Positions 50,102 through 60,342 of a stretch of DNA of 64,000 bases are shown piece after piece; position 1 is the first letter of the stretch, and the number at the start of each line of letters is the position of its first letter. Under the pieces are notes generated by a model. That model did no database searches. It had not been told where the DNA came from and worked only from the letters and a program-made list of their open reading frames with translations. Source of the stretch: Podarcis muralis (taxonomy: Eukaryota); assembly GCF_964188315.1 (NCBI RefSeq), contig NC_135667.1, positions 17,050,001-17,114,000 of the forward strand. Reading direction: 5' to 3'. Both the position numbers and the translations under genes were made by a program.

Positions 50102-51781
50102 GGCAGTGGTGGAAAGAGGCTAAAAGTCCTTGGCTTGGTGGGCGAAGGCAGGAGAGAGACGTCAGGCTCAGCCGGGGCCCGCTGAAGTCTCTGGAAAGTG
50201 AATGATGCTCATGGATTAGGAGCAGAGCGGAGGGAGGAGGGAGCCCTTCAGGTCCTCTGGAAATGGAGTGAAATCAGGTGGGTTGGAACCCCTGAACTCC
50301 TGGGATCTTCCTGATCAAATGCAATGTGTGATAGAGAGCAGGACTATCCTGGCCGGGAGTGGCTGGATAAGCAGGTTGATGTGATTTTTTGAGGCACTGG
50401 AGGAGGAAGGGGGAAAAAAATGAGGTGTGGAGAAGACAGAAACTTACTCCTCCTCTTTGCCTGTCAGGACCTCTCTAATCTTGCACCTGTTCACCCGCTT
50501 GAATGACTGTACATGTGCATATATAGAGGCGCGCACACACACGCACACACACATCATGCTCCTGTCCCCTCCCCTCTTAATGCCAACCTGCACATTTTAA
50601 AGACTGCCACTCCCTTGGGGCAAAGAGCAATTTTCTTGGCAGCCGAAAGTCAGGAAGGTGCTCTGGTCCTTCCTGCTTCGAGCCACTTGACCTCATTCCT
50701 TTCTCCTCGACTTCAAGAAGAGATTGCTAGAGCCCTTCCCTCCCACCATGGCAGCAGGTCTCATTCCTAAAATTAAATAAATAAGGGCCTTTGCTAGATG
50801 TGGAATGAAATGCATTTTTTATATATATAAACAGGTTGGCGTCAGTTAGGGATTCCTCTCAGTGCAAAAACTAACTCCCGAAAGGGGCTTTCCCTCAGGA
50901 TAGCAGCAAAGAGGATTAAGGGGTTAATTTCCTCCTCCGTGTCTACACTGATCTATCAGCTCGCTCCCTGTCTCCTTCCCCCAGTGCAACTTACATTTAA
51001 GAAACAACCCTGCCCTTTAAATGCAAAGACACAGGCAACATTTTATATCAGCTGCAGTTTGTGGAAAGAGACGGATCTCCCTTCCGGTCTGTATCTTGTG
51101 CCACCTTTCTGGCAGGAGAAGCCTAATAAATATTTAACTATGGGTGAGATAAGATGAATTTTGCCACCAGCTTATCTCAGGGGGAAAAGGGAAGAGTGTT
51201 CAAGTTGTGAGAGAACTGATGGGCCAGGCTTTCTGGGGGGCTCAGGAAGAATTTACATTTCCTTGTCCCTTTTTACTGCCCCCCCCTTTCAGGGTTTCTA
51301 CTTTCAAGTCGTTGAACTAGTTATATTGGGATGAAGGGTTCAGACCTTTCCACTTAAGGTTATGTCTCCTCAGGCTGCTTGAAATTAATTTCATCTTCCT
51401 CCTCTAAACAGCAGCTCAGTGTCATTCTTGGGGAAAACATTTATTTCACACTGTTGTTGTTGTCACTGACAGTTTGCTTTATCATCGTGTAGAATAAGAA
51501 ACCAGCCTGGAAGGGGCCACATTGACTGTAAAGTCCTGCAGTGAGGAATCCCTTGACCTCTTGCTACTGGTTGCCTTTCAGTTAACTTCACCTGAGGATG
51601 CCGTTAAAACTCTTGGTGAAGTCCGCCCCAAAATGTTCTCACTTGACTCTTCCTGACCCGGAACAGGTCGCCTAGGAGGACTATCTGGTTTGGTCGGTCC
51701 AGTGACTGATGCATCATTGCCAGAAGAACATGTTCCTGCTTCCTTAAAGGAAATGTTGTTTTGACACCTCTTAAAGTAGAG

Positions 51782-52262
51782 ACGTCACCTTGCCAACAAA
51801 GGTCCGTATAGTTAAAGCCATGGTTTTCCCAGTAGTGATGTATGGAAGTGAGAGCTGGACCATAAAGAACGCTGATCGCCGAAGAATTGATGCTTTTGAA
51901 TTATGGTGCTGGAGAAGACTCTTGAGAGTCCCATGGACTGCAAGAAGATCAAACACATCCATTCTTAAGGAAATCAGCCCTGAGTGCTCACTGGAAGGAC
52001 AGATCGTGAAGCTGAGGCTCCAGTACTTTGGCCACCTCATGAGAAGAGAAGACTCCCTGGAGAAGACACTGATGCTGGGAAAGATGGAGGGCACAAGGAG
52101 AAGGGGGCGACAGAGGACGAGATGGTTGGATAGTGTTTTCGAGGTTACCAGCATGAGTTTGACCAAACTGCGGGAGGTAGTGGAGGACAGAGGTGCCTGG
52201 CGTGCTCTGGTCCATGGGGTCACGAAGAGTCGGACACGACTAAACAACAACAACAACAACAA
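51782..52262 (+). mobile_element. BovB (RTE) LINE 3' fragment
   Basis: Open 158-aa frame PTKVRIVKAMVFPVVMYGSESWTIK...RRIDAFELWCWRRLLRVPWTARRSN...GVTKSRTRL with a (CAA)n tail. Confidence 0.93.
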
Positions 52263-52501
52263 ATAAATCACCATTACAACTTTCCTGACTGTATAGGCTG
52301 GTCTCTAATTTAGAATTGGGCCAGTTTGGGGTATGTGTGTGTGAGGAAGATGCTTGAAGGACTAGCAGCAGCAGGACAACTCTTGGGGTGAAACCAATTA
52401 CGGTGGTACCTCTGGTTACAGACGCTGCTGCCAGTCAGTGAGCAGGAGAGCTGCTGCCAGTCAGTGAGGGCAATACTGAGCTAGATGGACCAAAGGCCTT
52501 A

Positions 52502-52746
52502 CAGTGGTACCTTGGGTTACATACGCTTCAGGTTACATACGCTTCAGGTTACAGACTCCGCTAACCCAGAAATAGTACCTCGGGTTAATAACTTTACCTC
52601 AGGATGAGAACAGAAATTGCGCGGGGGTAGCGGGGCAGCAGCAGCGGGAAGCCACATTAGCTAAAGTGGTACCTCAGGTTAAGAACAGTTTCAGGTTAAG
52701 AACAGACCTCCAGAAAGAATTAAGTTCTTAACCCGAGGTACCACTG
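52502..52746 (+). mobile_element. Tigger/pogo-like MITE (245 bp)
   Basis: TA|CAGTGGTACC ... GAGGTACCACTG|TA. A truncated end of the same family lies at 52401-52425. Confidence 0.85.
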
Positions 52747-52814
52747 TATTCCAATCTGTAGTAGGTTACATTTTAAGACCTAAACCCATTTAATCTGGGA
52801 GTAAGCCCCACTGA

Positions 52815-53084
52815 GATGCGGGAGGCACTGTGGGTTAAACCACAGAGCCTAGGACTTGCCGATAAAGCACGTCAAAGTGCAAGTAGATAAATAGGTACCG
52901 CTCCGGCGGGAAGGTAAACGGCGTTTCCGTGTGCTGCTCTGGTTCGCCAGAAGCAGCTTAGTCATGCTGGCCACATGGCCTGGAAGCTGTACCCCGGCTC
53001 CCTCAGCCAATAAAGCGAGATGAGCGCCGCAACCCCAGAGTCGGTCACGACTGGACCTAATGGTCAGGGGTCCCTTTACCTTTT
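52815..53084 (+). mobile_element. Sauria SINE (subfamily A) with internal deletion
   Basis: The head jumps from GCCGAT to AAAGCACGTC. 13-bp TSD TAAGCCCCACTGA at 52802-52814 and 53085-53097. Confidence 0.88.
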
Positions 53085-53689
53085 TAAGCCCCACTGAATT
53101 CCATAGGACTTACTTCTGAGTAGGACACATGGTTAGGATGATGCTGTAAGTCACTCTTGCAGCAAAAACAAGAGACTTGTGGCCCCTTAAAGACATACAA
53201 GTTTATTGTGGCATACACATATGTACTCCATTGAATTTGTTAGTCTTTAAGGTGTCACAATTCTTGTTTTTTATTCCAGTCTGGTTTCAGGCCTGGCTGG
53301 GAGACAGATGCTGCTTCAGTGACCCTGGTTTATTTCTGTTCCACCTTTCACTCAAGGAGGTTCCCTGGGTGGTTCACAATAAGATATGTAATAATGGAAA
53401 CAATGCAAAATAAGTATTAAAACAGACAATAAAAAAACAAGACAAGCAGCAGTTAAAAGCAGCAAGTTAAAATGGTAAAGTCTGCAAACGTACACATGTC
53501 TACCGAGTTCAGTGGGGCTATACACAGGTAAATGTGTATAGGATTACAAACGTTGGATCAAAACTTAAAAGGCCTGGAAAAAGCAAAAGGTCTTTGTCTG
53601 GTGCCAAAGGAATGGGGAATTCCATAGACAGGGCAACACCATTAAAAAGGCCCACTTGACGTCTCCTACCAGAAGACGTCCTTGATCCT

Positions 53690-54250
53690 TATTTTACACC
53701 ATCAGCTATCTCCCCCTTCTCCAGTCTGGGCTGATGTTTGACTGAGTACCTGGGTGGGCAGAGCTGAGTCACATCTGTCCCACCCAGCTCCCTCACCCAG
53801 GTCTTGGAGATGCACACCTGGCCAGCCTGCTCACCCACTATCCAGTCATGGATTGGCATGGTTTTAGTATGGCCGGACCTGGCTGTTGCTGCCAGTGGTA
53901 GAGCATCCATTGGTACCATGGATAGGAGGAAGCTTGATGGCAGGTATTAGGTGATTTCTGGGAGACTTGTAGGAATTGCCCTTGGAAGTTTCTCTTTCCA
54001 GGGTGATGTTGCCATGAGTGATGCTGTATGGTGTCATCCGTATGTTGATGAAACCCAGCCCTGGTTCTTTTCCTGCCCACCACCTCCTTCAGTTCCAGGT
54101 AAAGTGGTGAAGTCCCTGAAAAGTTGCCTGGATTTGATAATGGACAGAAGGAATTCAATCCAGGTTGAAAATGGACTTGGAGATGATGGCGGCGAATTCA
54201 GGGGACCAGATGGCTGGGGGAAAGCCTGTTTTCAGATGGGATTGCAGGGT
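53690..54250 (-). mobile_element. L2 LINE internal fragment (ORF1/ORF2 junction, APE endonuclease start)
   Basis: Minus translation IHDWIVGEQAGQVCISKTWVRELGGTDVTQLCPPRYSVKHQPRLEKG is a decayed version of the L2 endonuclease N-terminal motif IHD.I..E.AD..CITETW. Confidence 0.6.
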
Positions 54251-55002
54251 CCCTGAAGGAGCAGGTCTGCAGTCAGGAGGTACTCTCAGACACACAGCGT
54301 TGCTTCTGGAATCCCAAAGGCTCCAGAATGCCCTTTTAAAATCCTCATATGATTATCCAACTGTGCCCACTACTGAAATACAGACATTTATGCTGAGTAT
54401 ATGCCTTTAAGACACATTCAAAGCACACACACACTGCCCCAAGGAATCCTGGGAACTGTAGTTTACACCCTTACAGAGCTACCATTCTCAGCACCCTTAA
54501 CAAACTACAATTCCCAGCATCCTTTAGGAGTGTGTTTCAAAGGTATGGCTTCTATGCAGTCTTAGCTTAGTTCCTCTTAGTTACTTCCAGGTTAGATTGT
54601 TACAATGTGCTCTGTGCTGAGCTGCCCTTTGAGACTGTTCAGCACAACAAAGTTGCTTAGGATCTTTTGTGAATGAAAGGTTAGCACCCACAAGAAGCTG
54701 GACCTTGTCAAGTTTCTGCCCCTATACTGTGGAATATCTTCCTCCAAGATGTCTGTTTCTGCCCCAAACAATTGCTTCTTTCCAGAATATTTTGTTCTAT
54801 TGGAGCTTCGAAAATGCGCCTCCCTCTTGAGGGGTAGGCATCACTCTGTTGGTTAGTGAATTGCTTTAGGTTTCATTGCTTATAGCAAATGGTACTTCAT
54901 TTTTAATGTCTACTTTGTAAAGTAGACAACTGAAAGATAGGAAGGAAAGCAACTCTTCCTCAAACTCCTATTCCAGGCTGTGCCCAGCTAAATGGGACCT
55001 CT

Positions 55003-55541
55003 TGTAATGAAAATCTCAGCTCTGCCTCCATCTGCAGGCTCGTCTGTTTCTTTGCTACCTCCTGATCTCCTTTGTACCTCCCCCCAAACATGTTCAACCT
55101 TTGCACCTGCATCACTATCTCTCATGCGGCTTCTTCCCAGCCCGACTGGCTGAATGAGCAAGCCTATGGGGGATGACGGCAAAGGCTTTGGTTGCCAGGG
55201 GAACCCAGCAGATGCAGTCCCCAACTGCAGTTGCCTAGCAACTGCAGGGCACCCTGTCCTCATCTCCCCAACCTGACAAAATAGCTGGCGGGGCCCAGAG
55301 TGCCAGCGGTGTTTGGTGCTGTTGGGGAAGACGTCAGCGACAGAGGCACCGAGAACAAATGGCCCATCTGCCCAATAAGACAGTCTAACGTGTGTTTGTG
55401 TTAGAGAGAGAGAGAGAGGTGCTGCTTCTTTGTTGCTTGTTTTGTCAAGCAACCTATAAGAGACTGAATAAATGAACTGTGAAGGTTAAGAGTCGCTGGA
55501 TACCTTGTTGCTGTGATTTTCCCATGTGTTACTTGGTTACA
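55003..55541 (+). mobile_element. Probable solo LTR carrying RFX X-boxes
   Basis: TGTAAT ... GGTTACA termini, near-TSD CTCT/GTCT, CCAAT at about 55372, (AG)n, AATAAA 55467-55472. The right boundary is uncertain. Confidence 0.45.
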
Positions 55542-56304
55542 GTCTTAAGAGAGGTTCTTGTCTCAGTTCTTGTCTTAAGAGAGAGCTTTTGTAACCTTGA
55601 AGTGTCAGTGTGGTTTCGTGTGTTTGATTCCGAAGACCCGTTTCAGATTCGTGAGATCGGAAAATAATATTTTGGAACTCATGAGCATTGCTTTGATCAC
55701 ACCAAAGGCCCTTTAAGTCCAGCGCCCTTGTTTCCCAACAGCCAGATGGCCCTGGGAAACTCCTTGCCACACCTGTGTTGTTTTGTTCTAGCCTCTAGTA
55801 ATCGATGGTAGACTGCCTTTGAACGTGGATGCTACATTCTTACCTGGTGAAACTTGTTACCATCACTAATAAGACTCCCTGTTCCTCTGTTAGTGGTGAT
55901 CATCGCATCTTGTGATCACAACCACAAAATAATATTTTGAGACTCAGCCTCCAAAGTGCTTTATATGCATTATGTTGTAATTCTCACAAACAAGCTGTAA
56001 AGCAGATCAATTTTTTATCATCCCCATAATGTAGATGACTAGACTAGGCTGAGTAGGACTGAGAGAATATAACACCTTCTTGACTGTGCTGAGGCAAAGA
56101 GAAGATTTTGAACTGAGAACTGCATGACTCACAACTCAGTCTCTAAGACACTAACGCCAAATTTCCAGTGCAGCAATTAAGTTCCACAGGGAAGAGAGAT
56201 GTAGGGACACAGTACCCCACACTTCTGTTTGTCCACATGCCTATAAAATTTTCTGCTTGCCCTATGCTTCCTAGGCATGGGTCCAAGTGTTTTTCCATTT
56301 GCCC

Positions 56305-56432
56305 CACTGCTTTCGCTGGGAAAACCCACTCTTTACCTCTGAACTGGAGCAAACGCCAGTCTGCGGAAAACCTGACTGAAGCTTGCTCCAATTCATCAGT
56401 AAAAATTGAGTTTTCCCATGGGAAAACAGCAG
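56305..56432. repeat. Imperfect long palindrome (MITE-like hairpin)
   Basis: TGGGAAAACCCACTCTTTACCTCTGAACTGGAGCAA pairs with TTGCTCCAATTCATCAGTAAAAATTGAGTTTTCCCA across a short loop. Confidence 0.65.
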
Positions 56433-57043
56433 AAGAGGCAGAAGTCTGGATGAGCCCTGAGTTGCGGTTGTCTGGTAGCGTTGGTCAGATTTTGCACTTA
56501 ATATTAATTTCAACTGACAGCTGCCAATCAAACAACTACCCCCATTTTGCACCAATGGTATGTCTAGCTGACCACATCCAGCTGGGCTCGATGTAGCTTT
56601 GGTCTGACCCTGTTTATATTATTGGATATGGACACTTAAGAGACTTCCTCGTTCCATGTTGTTGTGTTTTCGAAAGGTATTCAAGATAACTCGCCCCAAA
56701 ATAGTTACCCCCTGCTATACTTCCAGGGTGGCAAATGGTGGTTTATCTCTCCTCTCCCTCCTTTAATGCACTTCTGCAGATGCTGATTATATTATGGGCT
56801 TTGCTTATTGAGCTGGAGCATAGAAGTGGCGTCTCTTGCCTGTTCATCCTGTACACAGAGCATGGAGGCGGAGAGAGGCATCATTGGTGGGGAACCCACA
56901 GGCCTCCATCTGGCAGCTGCTCCAGCCAGCACAGCTGGCAATCAGGGATGATGGGTGTCCATCAATAAATGGAAGGGACACAGCTTCCCCACTCCTTCTG
57001 GTCTAGAGGCACATAACTTGCCGAATCTCCAAGCCCATGTGGG

Positions 57044-57190
57044 CAGTGGCGTAGCGTGGGGGGTGCAGGGGGGGCCGGCCGCACCGGGCGCAACATCTGG
57101 GGGTTAGGGTTAGGGGGCGCAAATCCACGGGTTAGGGAGCGCAAATTACTTGCCTTGCCCCGGGTGCTGACAACCCATGCTACGCCACTG
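57044..57190. mobile_element. hAT MITE (147 bp) containing TTAGGG repeats
   Basis: TIR CAGTGGCGTAGCGTGGG / CCCATGCTACGCCACTG and a perfect 8-bp TSD CATGTGGG at 57036-57043 and 57191-57198. Confidence 0.88.
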
Positions 57191-58539
57191 CATGTGGGTC
57201 TGGCTAGTGCCTGGAATAGGAGACCCACTGGGAACCCCTCTCTGTTCAATCCTTGTGAAGAGAGCAGGATATAAATATTGGTATATAACTCTTTAGAGCA
57301 CCCCATACACATTGAGAATGAAGAATATTTTCCGGAAGGGCCAGAAGACACTTCAGGAAAGGTCCTTGCAGGTTCAGGCATCTCCAACTAGCCTGCCCCT
57401 CCATGGATTTGCCCAAGTCTGCCTGCCCTGGGCTGCCGTTCAGAATAGACATTCCTGGATAAGAGGCTTTCAAAAACAGATCTATAAATGTAAACAATCA
57501 GTCAGAGGTGAAATAATTTAAAGGGGGGGGGGAGTTTCCTTTCTCAAAAAGTGTGGGTTTTGCTTTCAATAAAATAAAATAAAATAAACACGCAGTGTGG
57601 GAGGTTTTTCCCCAAATTGCTTTTCCCTGCATCAATTTCAGCCTGCTTTGACAGACATTGTTGCCTAACCAAGACCTTTGCATGAGTCTAGATTAAAATC
57701 TCCAAACATAAAACATTTTATTGATGTGCATCCAGCTGCTTGTTAACTTTTTTTAAAAAAACAACAACAACATACTTCCTCTCCACTCTCCTGCTTTCAT
57801 GTGAGTCAGTCCCTGCTCACTTTTCCTTATTCACTGGTGACTTTTAGATATTTTGGATAATGTCAGCTGTACACATGCTAGAGGAAGACATCTGACGCAC
57901 CCCATTCCCATTTCCTCTGAGGGAGATGCAAATCTCCAAGCATGCTTTAGAGTTGTCCTTAATTCACTTAATTCACCTTGTTCACTGCTGCTGGAACAGT
58001 GTGCTTTAGGAGTGTTCAGAGCACTTTACATACCATACATACATACATACAATTATCGATACCACGATCCTGTAAGGTTGGTCATAGGAAAGCACCTTAT
58101 TGGACCATTGGCTCATCTCAGTCAGGAGTGAGGGACCTTTGATATTCCAGATGTTCCTGAACTACAACTCCCAGCATCCATGGCCATTGACCATGTTTGC
58201 TGGGGCTCATGAGAGTTGTAGTTCAGCAACACTTTCAAGAGGCTTGTCTTACAATTCCCTTAAAGATTATGAGATTCCTTATGCTCTGCCTTGATCACTG
58301 AGATTCTCAGGGGGCACTTCTGGTGCTTTTCCCCAAACCCCTGAGGTTCAGGTGGCCTTTGCTTGGGTCTGAGGCTTTCGTATGACAGGCCTTGCCCTGT
58401 GGAACTCCTTGCCAGTAGGGGTTTGGGAGGAACCACCCTTTTTTCAGACGTCTACTAGAAATGTTTAGGCAGGCCTTTGCAAGATGCATTCCCTCTTTTT
58501 TAATCAATCAGTACAGTATTTATTTATTTTAATGAATAC

Positions 58540-59603
58540 TGTTACAGAAAAATCTAGGTGCGATGCTGCTCAGTCACCCAGCTCGTCAGGCAGAGCCCGC
58601 GGGTCCCTGCGGAATAAAGGAAGGAGTCCAGCCACCAACCAGAGCAAATAGCTGTAGACCAAAGTTTATTGCGCAACAGGTTCAAAGAGGAATTTTGAAC
58701 CCCGAGGATGGGGTGACAAGGACTTTTTAAAGTTTATATCTTATCCCAGCATACAGTTCATTAAGCATCATCACTACATCATTGCTACATCAGAAAAGGA
58801 GAGGGTTATACATGATAAACATAGGAGGAATGTGTTGAGGCAACAGGCAGATACAGGATACGTATTGGGAAGTACATTCTAAGCACCTACTACAAAGGAA
58901 CGATAAAACTTTGAATTGCATAATCTGCCACCTGGGCAAGTCCAGAGGAGTACCTTTGCTCAGCGATTGACACCTATGAGTACCTTCCTGTGAGAATGTG
59001 ACCTCCCACTTGAGGGATTATGGCAGTGACCAAGTGGTTTCCAAGTCCCTGGCCAATGAAGCAAATTGGCAGTGGAATGAAGGAAACTGGCAAAGGAGTC
59101 GATTTTATATGATTTTTAAAGCTAGGTAACTTCCCTGAGCGGGACGCGGGTGGCGCTGTGGGTAAAAGCCTCAGCGCCTAGGGCTTGCCAATCGAAAGGC
59201 CGGAGGTTCGAATCCCCGCGGCGGGGTGCGCTCCCGTTGCTCGGTCCCAGCGCCTGCCAACCTAGCAGTTCGAAAGCACCTCCGGGTGCAAGTAGGTAAA
59301 TAGGGACCGCTTTCTAGTGGGAAGGTAAACGGCGTTTCCGTGTGTGGCTCTGGCTCGCCAGAGCAGCGATGTCACGCTGGCCACATGACCCGGAAGTGTC
59401 TCCAGACAGCGCTGGCCCCTGGCCTCTTGAGTGAGATGGGCGCACAACCCCAGAGTCTGTCAAGACTGGCCCGTACGGGCAGGGGTACCTTTACCTTTAC
59501 CTTAACTTCCCTGAGCTGTCAAGTCGAAAGGATACATTTATGCATAATATTTGTAACATTTAACAACTTTAAAGATGTGCCCCCCCCTGTAATTTCTGTA
59601 ACA
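58540..59603 (-). mobile_element. Solo LTR (about 690 bp without its nested SINE)
   Basis: 11-bp inverted termini TGTTACAGAAA / TTTCTGTAACA, 5-bp near-TSD AATAC/GATAC, TATAAA on minus (58733-58738) upstream of AATAAA on minus (58665-58670), giving U3-R-U5 order. Confidence 0.75.
59141..59502 (+). mobile_element. Sauria SINE (subfamily B) nested in the LTR
   Basis: Full body with 14-bp TSD TAACTTCCCTGAGC at 59127-59140 and 59503-59516. Confidence 0.9.
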
Positions 59604-59749
59604 GATACCTTTTGCTGATATTTATTATTATAATTGTATACTGCCTTGATACATTTTTTATGAAACTGCAGGTTATAAATGCCTGGAGGGTTAAAGGTTC
59701 CCCAATCCTGAGCTCAGCATTGACTACTCTTCCCTGGCACCTGCTCTTT

Positions 59750-60097
59750 AGGTAAAGGTAAAGGGGCCCCTGACCATTAGGTCCAGTTGTGGCTGACTCT
59801 GGGGTTGGCGCTCATCTCGCTTTATTGGCCGAGGGAGCCGGCGTACAGCTTCCGGGTCATGTGGCCAGCAGGACTAAGCTGCTTCTGGCGAACCAGAGCA
59901 GCACACGGAAACGCCGTTTACCTTCCCGCCGGAGCGGTACCTATTTATCTACTTGCACTTTGACATGCTTTTGAACTGCTAGGTTGGCAGGAGCAGGGAC
60001 TGAGCAACGGGAGCTCACCCCATCGAGGGGATTCGAACCGCCAACCTTCTGATCAGCAAGTCCTAGGCTCTGTGGTTTAATCCACAGCGCCACCCAC
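59750..60097 (-). mobile_element. Sauria SINE (subfamily A), minus strand
   Basis: Reverse complement of the full body, starting AGGTAAAGGTAAAGGGGCCCC and ending CCACAGCGCCACCC. Confidence 0.88.
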
Positions 60098-60342
60098 CTC
60101 TTTTAATAGGAGGGGGTTTCAGAACTGGGCTTTGCCTAGCCCTGCCGGGAGCCACCAAAGCTCCTTTTGCATTCCAAATATTTGCTCTTCCAGCCCTTCT
60201 CCAGAGTTACCACCCTCATACTGGAACTGTAGGGGCTGAGAGAAGAGTGAGTCCCTTGCCTAAGGCTACTGCACTGGTTTATAGCTGTGGGGTTTCTTGA
60301 AGCAGTTACATCCCAGCAGCACCCTCTACTACCAACCCTCAG

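Noticed and set aside
53689-54256. ORF cluster first considered as MAPK3 or a novel exon
   Set aside because: There are no kinase motifs, and the minus strand gives a decayed L2 endonuclease motif instead.
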